From: Adineta vaga
Lineage: Eukaryota > Animalia > Rotifera
Direction: 5' to 3'
Assembly (NCBI GenBank): GCA_021613535.1
Contig: CP075492.1
Location: 14,119,769 to 14,183,768, forward strand
Length of the DNA stretch: 64,000 nt
Below the pieces are notes generated by a model. It worked only from the letters and a program-made list of their open reading frames with translations. It did no database searches and was not told the origin of the DNA. Both the position numbers and the translations under genes were made by a program. Positions 22,501 to 33,900 of this stretch are shown one piece after another (position 1 is the stretch's first letter; each line of letters starts with the position of its first letter).

Positions 22501-25048
22501 ATGATGTGATTGAATGTTGATGTTGGTATGGAAGTGGGAAGGAGAGTTGAATTTCGGAGTGGTGGTAGATGTTCAGTTGTTGTGTGATAGAGGATGATGT
22601 GATTGAATGTTGATGTTGGTATGGAAGTGGGAAAGAGAGTTGAATAGAAGAATTATGAGAGATGTTCAGTTGTTGTGTGATAGAGGATGATGTGATTGAA
22701 TGTTGATGTTGGTATGGAAGTGGGAAAGAGAGTTGAATAGAAGAATTATGAGAGATGTTCAGTTGTTGTGTGATAGAGGATGATGTGATTGAATGTTTAT
22801 GTTGGTATGGAAGTGGGAAGGAGAGTTGAATTTCGGAGTGGTGGTAGATGTTCAGTTGTTGTGTGATAGAGGATGATGTGATTGAATGTTGATGTTGGTA
22901 TGGAAGTGGGAAAGAGAGTTGAATAGAAGAATGATGAGAGATGTTCAGTTGTTGTGTGATAGAGGATGATGTGATTGAATGTTGATGTTGGTATGGAAGT
23001 GGGAAGGAGAGTTGAATAGAAGAATGATGAGAGATGTTCAGTTGTTGTGTGATAGAGGATGATGTGATTGAATGTTTATGTTGGTATGGAAGTGGGAAAG
23101 AGAGTTGAATAGAAGAATTATGAGAGATGTTCAGTTGTTGTGTGATAGAGGATGATGTGATTGAATGTTGATGTTGGTATGGAAGTGGGAAAGAGAGTTG
23201 AATAGAAGAATGATGAGAGATGTTCAGTTGTTGTGTGATAGAGGATGATGTGATTGAATGTTGATGTTGGTATGGAAGTGGGAAAGGGAGTTGAATAGTC
23301 GATTCGTGGTAGATGTTCAGTTGTTGTGTGATAGAGGATGATGTGATTGAATGTTGATGTTGGTATGGAAGTGGGAAGGAGAGTTGAATTTCGGAGTGGT
23401 GGTAGATGTTCAGTTGTTGTGTGATAGAGGATGATGTGATTGAATGTTGATGTTGGTATGGAAGTGGGAAGGAGAGTTGAATAGAAGAATGATGAGAGAT
23501 GTTCAGTTGTTGTGTGATAGAGGATGATGTGATTGAATGTTGATGTTGGTATGGAAGTGGGAAAGAGAGTTGAATAGTGGAGTCTTGAGAGATGTTCAGT
23601 TGTTGTGTGATAGAGGATGATGTGATTGAATGTTGATGTTGGTATGGAAGTGGGAAAGAGAGTTGAATTTCGGAGTGGTGGTAGATGTTCAGTTGTTGTG
23701 TGATAGAGGATGATGTGATTGAATGTTGATGTTGGTATGGAAGTGGGAAAGAGAGTTGAATAGAAGAATTATGAGAGATGTTCAGTTGTTGTGTGATAGA
23801 GGATGATGTGATTGAATGTTGATGTTGGTATGGAAGTGGGAAGGAGAGTTGAATTTCGGAGTGGTGGTAGATGTTCAGTTGTTGTGTGATAGAGGATGAT
23901 GTGATTGAATGTTTATGTTGGTATGGAAGTGGGAAGGAGAGTTGAATTTCGGAGTAGTGGTAGATGTTCAGTTGTTGTGTGATAGAGGATGATGTGATTG
24001 AATGTTGATGTTGGTATGGAAGTGGGAAGGAGAGTTGAATTTCGGAGTGGTGGTAGATGTTCAGTTGTTGTGTGATAGAGGATGATGTGATTGAATGTTG
24101 ATGTTGGTATGGAAGTGGGAAAGAGAGTTGAATAGAAGAATTATGAGAGATGTTCAGTTGTTGTGTGATAGAGGATGATGTGATTGAATGTTGATGTTGG
24201 TATGGAAGTGGGAAAGAGAGTTGAATAGAAGAATTATGAGAGATGTTCAGTTGTTGTGTGATAGAGGATGATGTGATTGAATGTTTATGTTGGTATGGAA
24301 GTGGGAAGGAGAGTTGAATTTCGGAGTGGTGGTAGATGTTCAGTTGTTGTGTGATAGAGGATGATGTGATTGAATGTTGATGTTGGTATGGAAGTGGGAA
24401 AGAGAGTTGAATTTAGGAGTCTTGATAGATGTTCAGTTGTTGTGTGATAGAGGATGATGTGATTGAATGTTGATGTTGGTATGGAAGTGGGAAAGAGAGT
24501 TGAATTTAGGAGTCTTGAGAGATGTTCAGTTGTTGTGTGATAGAGGATGATGTGATTGAATGTTTATGTTGGTATGGAAGTGGGAAGGAGAGTTGAATTT
24601 CGGAGTGGTGGTAGATGTTCAGTTGTTGTGTGATAGAGGATGATGTGATTGAATGTTGATGTTGGTATGGAAGTGGGAAAGAGAGTTGAATAGTCGATTC
24701 GTGCTAGATGTTCAGTTGTTGTGTGATAGAGGATGATGTGATTGAATGTTGATGTTGGTATGGAAGTGTGAAAGAGAGTTGAATTTAGGAGTCTTGATAG
24801 ATGTTCAGTTGTTGTGTGATAGAGGATGATGTGATTGAATGTTGATGTTGGTATGGAAGTGGGAAAGAGAGTTGAATTTAGGAGTCTTGAGAGATGTTCA
24901 GTTGTTGTGTGATAGAGGATGATGTGATTGAATGTTGATGTTGGTATGGAAGTGGGAAAGAGAGTTGAATTTAGGAGTGGTGGTAGATGTTCAGTTGTTG
25001 TGTGATAGAGGATGATGTGATTGAATGTTGATGTTGGTATGGAAGTGG
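19598..25048. repeat. tandem satellite array: ~58 copies of a 93-bp monomer with a ~1.5-kb (16-monomer) higher-order repeat
   Basis: Monomer: gatgttcagttgttgtgtgatagaggatgatgtgattgaatgttgatgttggtatggaagtgggaaagagagttgaat plus a 15-nt variable cassette (agaagaattatgaga, agaagaatgatgaga, ttcggagtggtggta, agtcgattcgtggta, ttaggagtcttgaga and others). Monomer starts at 19690, 19783, 19876 and 19969 give a 93-bp period. The diagnostic variant agtcgattcg recurs at ~19951, 21808, 23297 and 24688, and the run 21421-22200 is repeated at 22921-23700. Confidence 0.95.
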
Positions 25049-25701
25049 CAGCCAAAGATGGATTACATCCTCATGTATGCCTATGCGAGATGCATTAACT
25101 TGTTCAATGAACATTCTGCGACTGAGGATAACACTCTTTGTAAATCGATTCGTTGGATGATAATTTAATATTCTTAAAATAAAAAATGACTGGAAACCAG
25201 AAAAGGGACACAGCGCGTTAATGCGAGCAAGCGCAAGCGCTTGCGAGCACGCTCCGAAAAACCGTCGATAGACGGCGCTAATTTACGGTGAATTAATTTT
25301 TTCCCTTATAAACATAAATACTTATATACGTAGCCACTGCAAAAGGACACAGAATAATGAAACATTTCAAGTGATACTGAGATATATATCCTTTCGCAAA
25401 CGCACCCGCTATGAATACCGTTCTGCTCACACTTTGCAAGGATTGCTTAATCTCAATCTACCATACAATTGCCACGGGATGTTGCTTTAACTGCACATCT
25501 GCTTCGAAATATAAACTGAACAAATCCTTTATACACATATTTTACGCATATTGAAAAATCACGATCGCCCTCTGATCTGCGCATCTAAAACGAAGAAATC
25601 CTCTTTCTGCACAATGCATTCAAACCAAGGCAACTTTAAACTGCACTATAAAGCACTCGAAAAGGTTCCCTTTATCACCCATACAATCACACTTAAGGTT
25701 T

Positions 25702-25735
25702 CCTCTCTTTCCCACTTCCATACCAACATCAACAC
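25702..25735. repeat. isolated inverted fragment of the satellite monomer
   Basis: ctttcccacttccataccaacatcaacac is the reverse complement of the monomer core gtgttgatgttggtatggaagtgggaaag. It lies ~650 bp beyond the array end. Confidence 0.7.
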
Positions 25736-26699
25736 TGAAACGTATTCGCTCTTTAGTGCAGAAGTGTTTTCATTCTAATATTGGAATGGGAAGAAACTCG
25801 TGAAAATGTTCGACGTATAGAAGTCGGTAGTTTGACAAGCGTCGCTAGTGATTCGAAGTTGTTTGCCGGTTTCATTTGTGTTTAAGAAAGGCGAACTGTT
25901 TAAGTTGCTGGTCTAAATTCATCAATTTTTACTCTTGCGGATAGTAATATAAAATGAAAGTAGTCAATCAGTACATTAATAACGTGAAATCCGATTCTCC
26001 AGAGAGTTCGATATTTTTAGCTGTTTTCTTTGGTTCAACAGGCCATTTTGACACAGTATGAAGGTAATCATGATTAAAATCGCTTTATATAAGACAAAAT
26101 CTTGATTAATAAGAGACAAGAGCAGATGAGATGAATGGGGAATTGCCGCTGTACTTATCAAGTGTCTTCATTTTATGATATTTTCAGCGTGTGTAAAAAA
26201 TGATGATTTTTCGACCATCCCCTTTATTCAAATCTGACTGCACAACAAGGTTATTCTATATTCGTATTGTTAGTTGAGATGGTAAAGGGCACTCTAGTAT
26301 TTATCTTCGTCGAGCCGCTCCTGCGGTCTTTTTGCAGTGTTCATGTTGGGCGCTCGGAATCTTTTCGTCAGGAAATCATTTTTAAATCAGGTTAATATTC
26401 GTACACATGGGCCACTTATAAGTCTGATAAATATTCAGCAGTTTTTCATTTATCGGTTGATGAATTTATTATTTAATAATTATTGCAGATGAGTCGATAT
26501 ACTCATCAAGTAGATTAAAAAAAAATAAGCGAAGAATGAGAAATCTTCGGAAAGGGTATATGACGTTAAACTCAGTTTATGTACATGAATAGTTTTTTGC
26601 TTTTGTAAAAATTAGATCGCAATTATTAGATGTATGTCTGAATAAGAAAAGTACTTCTAGTTCGGTTCGTTCGATTGCATCGGATCGTCTTCTCTCGAC

Positions 26700-26905
26700 C
26701 AAAGACTCGTTATCCTTCGGGAAGACCAGGGGCGTCCCGAGAGGGGGGCGCGTGGGGCGTAACGCCCCCCCCTGCTTCGGGAAAATTTTTGTTTTTTTTG
26801 CTCGCCAAAATTTTTTGCAGCAGAAAAAAAAAATTTTTTCGGAAAATTTTCAAAAATTTTTCGCTGCGCCCCCCCTGCTTTTGGCACCTCGGGACGCCCC
26901 TGACG
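26700..26905. repeat. GC-rich nested inverted-repeat (hairpin) island flanked by A/T homopolymer runs
   Basis: Outer arms aggggcgtcccgag (26731-) and ctcgggacgcccct (-26892). Inner arms aggggggcgcg…cgccccccc, with a duplicated gcccccccctgctt block. The three overlapping ORFs across it on both strands indicate low-complexity DNA, not coding sequence. Confidence 0.6.
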
Positions 26906-27197
26906 ATTCGTATACTTGAACGAAGCCTTTTCAGATTCAAGATCATAGTAAATTTCAATCGTTTTCGCCACTGTATGATATTGACTATTCGATCTAGTGA
27001 TAACAGCAATTGAGATAATGAAACCATTCTGCTTCAGTTTTTCTGCCATTTGTGTGCTTTTGTGACTGAAGAAGAATGGCTATAGCGACATCGATGAACA
27101 TAATATTGAGTAATTATATACAACTAAATCGTTACATTAGCTATTGTTTCGTCCTCTCTCATCTTTGTTCCTGAAAAGTTGAGTAGAATCAATTTCT

Positions 27198-28193
27198 TTA
27201 CCTAAATTTTGCTATACTGAACACTTTAGCAATGACAGTCGTAATACAGTTGCTTTCGTTGAATCCATCACCTACCACCAGTTTTAACGTATGAATATAG
27301 CAGGGTATTCGTAAAAGTTCGCTGGTACTGAGCGATGTATCACACCAGTGACAAATCACATCTTTTTCGTTTCCACTTCCTATTTCATCATCATCTTGTT
27401 CGTCAACAGATTCACTTGAAGGTTCCTCAAAGTAAGTTTCGAAACCAGGCACAATAACAGTACCATACGCTTTGATATTGTACGATGTCGTGATCATTTC
27501 GTATTCTTTGAACAATTTTTCGACGGTATGGCTGCCTTAACAGAAACATTTGACAGAAAAGAGTTTTAAATAAGTACATGGTTTGATATGCATATCAGAC
27601 AGATATTTGAATGCCAAAAAATGAGAATGAAAAATATTTTGATCTATCAAATGAATGGTGATATGGCATAGAAGGAACGCACTCTGCGATGAGTCCAAAG
27701 ATCAAATCATGTGTTATCATTCTTGACAATTCGACTTGTCGTGGATGGTTACTTGAATATTTTGTTCCATCTTGAGGGCTTGTCATTGCTGTCTTGCTAT
27801 CCGGTTGTTGAGATAGAATTTTCTCTTCTTTCAAAGCCAATATATTCGACCATCTCTTATATTCATCCATGTGATGGCGTTTAACGTGACGTACAAAATT
27901 GAAATATGAATCACCAGAGTTATTCACGGTACCACTGCAGAGTAAGCACATAGCCGACTTGTGCCAAACAGGATGATCCAAGCTTTATCTTTTGCGTTGG
28001 AATCTGCCACGATTGTTGGGCTCACAAGAACGGCAGGATCGTCATCAATTGTAATCGTTGCAGCATCATAAGATTTATCAGGATCAGAAGCCATTTTAAA
28101 TGAAAGACAAATAGCACAGCTTCTCAGAAATCGTCCGTATGCAATATAGCAAGCAAAGTTTGTTTGTGTACAGCTCGTTGTGCTTGCTAACAA
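27198..28193 (-). mobile_element. hAT-superfamily transposase relic (N-terminal half: BED zinc finger plus the C..H-TLKL block), frameshifted
   Basis: Three ORFs in different frames. 27981..27595 carries a BED finger (HPVWHKSAMCLLCSGTVNNSGDSYFNFVRHVKRHH). 27515..27198 has CYIHTLKLVVGDGF, resembling the conserved hAT RCxAHTLNL block. There is a frame switch near 27990 and no C-terminal hAT dimerisation domain. Confidence 0.55.
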
Positions 28194-28324
28194 ATTCCCT
28201 CTCTAATCGTACGGCCTGTTTGTTAAGTATGTTAATAATTTACACGTAAATTTATTCTGTTACAAAAAAAAGGCCTCCAGATTAGAATACTTAAAGTGTT
28301 AAAATAAAGAAAAATTCATTTAGT

Positions 28325-30878
28325 TTAGCTATTAATCGGATCGTTGCTAAGAAGCAGATGTTGAATAAACATATCCCATGATGAATCGTTGAGTTCTAAT
28401 TGTTTACAATAGATACCATGACGTTGGCTGGTATGCTGATAGAAATCAATCGCTTTGTATATCTGTTCGTTCATATTAGTAGATGAATTCTTGCAAATAT
28501 AGTCCTAAATGGTATTGAGAAATTTAAAGGAAAATCAAAGAAGATTTAATTTACTTTAATTTGTTCGATATTAAATGGAAATTCAAATGTATCATGATGT
28601 AAAATTTGCATTTGAAGAACGAGCCATAAGAGGATAACACCTGTACCAATCAAACGAAGAATTTCATTTTGTAAATTTAATGCTAATAAAATGATAGTTC
28701 ATATTTCTTTATAGTTTATATTGATAGTACGCAGTCGCTTACCGAGTGATTTTAAACCATGTTCGTTTAAATAATACTCAAGATTATGAAAAATAGTCTG
28801 ATCAAGGTGAAACACATCAGCTAACTCTTTATTTAATAGAAATGATCCATTCTATATTCGAATATTAAGAACATGTAACAAATAAATAATGAAATTTCGA
28901 AGAATTCTTACTTCAGATTGAAGTTTTAGTAGTTCATTCATCATTATTGGTGTCGATTGAATATCTTTCAATTGTCGGAGAAATGAAATATCAGTTGTCT
29001 TTTCTAAATGCAAATGCTATAACAATGTATAACAATGACAAGAGATAAATTACTAGAGAAATTCTGTATTATAGTCTGAACATGACCAGCAAGCTGCGAT
29101 AAAAGATTTCAAGATATAGTACAAAATCAAATTAGAATACGAACTTGATACAAAGGATCATCTGATTTGCGAGCATAAACTATATAAAGAAAACAAGAAT
29201 TAAATATTATTTATATTGGTTTAAAACTGACCCGATTTAGCTACAGCATTGGCTTGACTTTCAACGTATGCAATATGTTGTTCAATCCAGTCTTTTGTTG
29301 ATCCTAGATAATATAAATAATATTCTATCTATAGGTAAATCGCTGTCGAACTTTGATGATTAGAATCAACAGTATATGAAACTTTGGCACCTGAACGTGC
29401 TTCTTCAGCATCAACATGAAGTATACCATTTGCATCAATATTCATGCGAACAGCTATTTCAAGTGTTTGAGCAGCAAAGTTGTTTGTTAAACCAGAAAGA
29501 TTGAACTCTCCCAGAAACATCTACGATGAAACAAGATCATTTAAATCATATTTTAAACTGATTGAAATATGACGTACATTGTATTTTGTCAGAGTATGTT
29601 CACCTTCAAAAATGCGAATGGTAGCTGTTGTTTGATAAGCATATGCATTTGTAAATATTGACCAAAGTTCAGTACGAACTGGAATAGTTGTATTGCGACG
29701 AATAAGTGTATGCATATGACCATGAATATCTTCAATGCCCAATCCAAGTGGACAAACATCGAGAAGTAATAAGTCACAGATAGGAGTAATGCATGCTGCA
29801 TCATTCTTTTTTCTTAATCCAAAGTAAAATATTATCGATGAGAAATAGTGGTTCTTGTGAAACTTTGTAATACTTACAGTTTTTCTTGTCTACATTCATC
29901 TCCATCGAGAAGTGGTTTATTCGTAGGTACTGATCTACACTTACTGATCTTTAACTTTGGTTCTAATGCAATCGATGGCCCCATACAGCCACTACTCATT
30001 TGCTGTGTATTCGATGCTGCCTCTTCTGCTAATGATATTGTTCGATATGCTCTTTCTGGTGATAGTAGTCTGGCAGGTGAATTAGAATACAGACAGTTAG
30101 TATTAAGGTTGTCCATACGATTGAATGTTGTTTCATATTGTGGTACTCCTCCGGATAGCTCCTCCTCTATGCTTGACATCGGAGAAACGGATGCTGGTTG
30201 ATTTTGAAGCAACTGAGATGAAAGTTCAAGAGTATCTGTGAGAGTGAGACGAGACGATTCACCATTTTCACCGCCAACACAATCATTTTTACAGGCTGAA
30301 TCAGTTCGTTTTGATCGTAGTTCTGATAACCGGCTTGCTAAAAATAAAGATTGTTTACTGCTATATTTACATTTATGAAGATACTTTCATAAGTATGAAT
30401 ACAGAAACAAGTTCCGCACATCTCATGTTATCTTTAAATAGTATTACTAACTAAAGTCAATATAGGATGTTTCATCCATACAGTCTAAAAAGCCAAGATC
30501 GACATTATTCCAATCATCTGCTGTTTCTAATTCTTCTAGCACATGTTGCCATGGACAGTCTTCCTTTGTGAGTTCTTCCTCAATCTTGTCAAGATACATC
30601 ATATTATCAGTAGTTGGAAGCTGTTTGTTACATATTGTTGATGAACTTGCTGTTGCTGCTGCTGTTGATGGTTGAAGGAAGTCATTGGTATAATCAGGTA
30701 CGTCATCTAGCTAATAAAGAAACAGTCTAAATATAGAGTATTGAATTAGGTACCGAAGTGCATAGTTTTCTTATCTCTTCTGTTTTTTCATTTATAAGTA
30801 CTAAATTGTTCGCTTGACATTGTTGTTCTAATGCTTGTCGTTCTTCTGCAGTTGCACCAGCCATTTCCGTTATTATAT
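28325..30878 (-). CDS. HSP70 substrate-binding-domain-like exons, probably the 3' part of the PARP4-like gene (alternatively a separate downstream gene)
   Basis: Exon ~29818..29578 encodes KKNDAACITPICDLLLLDVCPLGLGIEDIHGHMHTLIRRNTTIPVRTELWSIFTNAYAYQTTATIRIFEGEHTLTKYN. After a 57-bp intron (donor AAT|GTACGT), exon 29520..~29350 encodes MFLGEFNLSGLTNNFAAQTLEIAVRMNIDANGILHVDAEEARSGAKV. Together these are a clear HSP70 SBD-beta match (LLLLDV, GIET, RNTTIPT, EGER, DIDANGIL). Upstream exons 30878..30804, 30713..~30445 and 30339..29876 were mapped with consistent phases. More 3' exons run to the stop at ~28325. A donor GAC G|GTATAT at 30941 and the acceptor at 30879 join this frame to the PARP4-like exon ending at 30942. 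Confidence 0.55.
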
Positions 30879-30896
30879 CTATTTTTTTCAAATTCA

Positions 30897-30923
30897 TTAT
30901 ATATATATATGTGTGTGTGTGTG
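30897..30923. repeat. (TA)n(TG)n compound microsatellite inside the proposed 63-bp intron
   Basis: atatatatatgtgtgtgtgtgtg read directly. Confidence 0.8.
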
Positions 30924-30933
30924 AATAGTCATT

Positions 30934-33900
30934 TTATATACCGTCTCGCATTTTCTGTTCAAATTCATCTGCTTTATTGTATTCATTCAATGAATAGCGA
31001 TATGTTCGTATAATACTCATCATTATGTCAAATTTCACATCTTCACTTGCTCGATAAGAAATATCCTGACAGATTTTTTCAATATCATGAATAACATCTT
31101 TTTTTCTTGCAATCGATGCACTTTCAAGTGCAATACGTGCATCAATTAATTTCTGTTTAATTAATGATAAATTTGACACATCACCATCCCATCTCATATA
31201 TGGAAATAAATCAACATCATGTTCAAGCATAACATCAAGAAGACGAACACCTACAATAGATAGTACATCATTTTACTAATAACGCTGTGCACGAATATAC
31301 CTGGTACAGATGTTTTTAAATCTGTTTTCATATCACGTTCTTCAATAGCAACAAAACTTGTATATGCACTAACAACAGAATGTTTTATACTTAGGTCAAT
31401 AAGATCTCGTTTATATTGAATTTTCATCAATTCATTTTCACTTTCGTCCAAATCGAATAATCCATTTTCATAATCATCAATAATCGTTCGAGCAGTTAAA
31501 CAGTGTAAAATACGACCGGTAGTTGCTGTCATTGAACTACTAAATACATTGGTCACAAATTCTTGTCCATCAATCAGTACTGACAATGTTGCTTTATGAC
31601 AATTTCGTATAAATCGATAGACAGTAAGTCGCATTCCATTGAATAATGATCGAATCATTTTCGGTGCTTGCATGTGAAATTTTTCTTGTTCATCTACATG
31701 ACCATGCCAATCAATCGAAATACTTGTCACACATGGTTGTCGAACATAATCGAGAATATTCAATACTTTTGTTTTCCATTTCGATCGATAATTTGAATCG
31801 AATATTGTTGCTAGACCACCTCCACTTGCTCCATTAGCTAACTGTTTTAAACAATGTTTATTCGCAACATTACCAATCGAACACGTAAATAGACGATCAT
31901 AACGCATAGTGAGCTGTTGTTTCAGTAGAATAAGAATCGAATTGAGATCATTAATATGTCCATCAGATACGAGAATAAACTGACGAGCTACCTTCGATGG
32001 TAATAATGAATAACGATGAAGAACAGAGAATAGATCTGTATTTCCACGATGAATCAATGAATGCTGAAATACATGAAAAGAATAAGATATACTTCAATTT
32101 CAAAGTAGATTACAAACCAAAACAAAATGTTTAGCTCTATCAAGATTCTCTTTTGTAGTTGGTACGGATATTGGAAAACATTCATCATTATCTAAGTAGT
32201 TTAAATGAAAAGAATAGAAAACGATCCCTGTATTCTACCTGATCCGAAAGTAATGAGATTAAAATATGTATTTTCATCATCGATTTTCATATTTGTTAAA
32301 AACAAATGAGTCAATTGTTTTGCCTGTTGTGAATGATTTCCATCCATTGAATTCGATACATCAATAATGAAAATAATTTCAATTTGTTCATTTGTATTCA
32401 TTAATGTTTCAAATCGTGGATAGAAAGTTAACATACATGCTTGAGAAGTGAAATAATCTGATGATAATGTTTCAATGGACATTCGAGGTAAATTAGGATT
32501 ATGTAATGTGATTGAAAGAATGAAATCTCGATCGAGTAAAACATTATCCACTAGTTCAATCATAGCAATACAATTTGTTAATTTTCGACGAAGACGATGC
32601 GTTGGTGAAAAAAGTTTTGTTATATTATATGGCATTCGAATGGATGTTTTAAAAGTAAATTCGACTTTTTCATTTATAATACCAAATGATCGTAAAATTG
32701 ATTGATCTCTTGTTTCAATTGCTTGTTTTGATTGCCATGATGTCATTTTAGCTGGAAGACGAAATATAATATCATCATTTTCAATTTCTAATTCAGCGAC
32801 ATAGGTTATTTTAATGATCACTTCATTATTTGCTGGCAGATTACCAACAGCTACACTGAAGACTTGTGCTTCTTCCTGATGCATTAAATACGCACCATGA
32901 CCTTTTTCAATTGCTTCTCGATATTCTTGTTTAGCTTGTTCTTTTTCTTTTACAACTCCTTTGATTACTTTATTATTAATATGTGCTTCAAAACCACAAA
33001 CCGTGGAATTTTCATCAAGTGGAAATACATATTTAGCTTCGATTGGTACGGAACTTGTATTGTGATAGACTTGATACATAACAACCTTTGTTTAGGAAAT
33101 AGAAATCGCGAATGTATTAACTTTGATAGAAGAATTAACTGTATATTACTTCAACTGTAGTATCAACAATTTGTGCACGAATATGAAATGATTTCAGTGG
33201 TACAAGTTTTCCTGATGATGGACATATTAAACCATAATCTTGTTCAGCTACTTCAATAATTTCATCATCGATGGTCATGAGAACTTCGACTATATGACCT
33301 TACCGTCATAGGTTTATTTCTAATCAAGAAAGACTTATTCTTACCATGTTCACTTAACTTCAATGTATATTGATCATGATGAGTTATTGATAAGCGTTCA
33401 AATTCATTATTTAGAACATCCTTCGGTAACCATGATACTTCCACAATATAGAGTAGAAGTTGTTGATCCAGTCGATAGATTGCATATTCATTATCCTAGT
33501 TGAATAGCAATCACTTTTATTTTTGGAGTTTTCAAATTCGAAAAGATACTTACAATAAACATTGAATGATTCTCTTCAGTTCGTTTAATTCCATGAGTAC
33601 TATGAAATCCATCGGCAGGTTTAGTAAGGGTTGGTGAAAATGAATAATATTTGGCAGATTCACCTAGTGCTACTCGACAAATGCATAATAACCGACGACC
33701 TGGTCGTACTGTGCTTGCTGTCGTATATTGGAGTGAAGTTGAAACGGAATCAGAAAAATATATTCCATAACCAAGACAACCAACATCCGTACGTGTGACA
33801 CCTAATTCTTCAACTACCATTTTCGGCATCACTAAACCGCTGAATATACAGCATACATTTACTACGTAAATATTTAAGAAATGCAATATAAATATATACT

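Noticed and set aside
19598-25048. CRISPR-like reading of the array (constant 78-bp 'repeat' plus 15-nt 'spacer')
   Set aside because: The variable cassettes recur in a fixed higher-order order and are only 15 nt long. The context is eukaryotic (introns, metazoan genes), with no cas genes. It is a satellite with HOR structure.
24564-25055. 163-aa minus-strand ORF inside the satellite, encoding a 31-aa tandem motif (TSIPTSTFNHIILYHTTTEHL…)
   Set aside because: It exists only because a run of variant monomers at the array end lacks the stop present in the common monomer. Every other part of the array is closed in all frames, so this is not a gene.
25213-25290. GC-rich palindromic stretch considered as a possible small RNA gene (snRNA/tRNA-like)
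   Set aside because: No tRNA cloverleaf, A/B boxes or snRNA Sm-site pattern was recognisable. It is treated as part of the TE-derived junk zone.
26657-27049. Three mutually overlapping ORFs (105-130 aa) on both strands
   Set aside because: They cross a GC-rich palindromic low-complexity island where stop codons are depleted in every frame. The translations are homopolymeric (G/P/R/K/F runs).
30804-30897. Stand-alone start (MNLKKIDIITEMAG…) for an independent HSP70-SBD-like gene
   Set aside because: The ATG lies 37 bp after the upstream same-strand stop, inside a perfectly phased 63-bp intron of the fused model. It is kept only as the less likely alternative.
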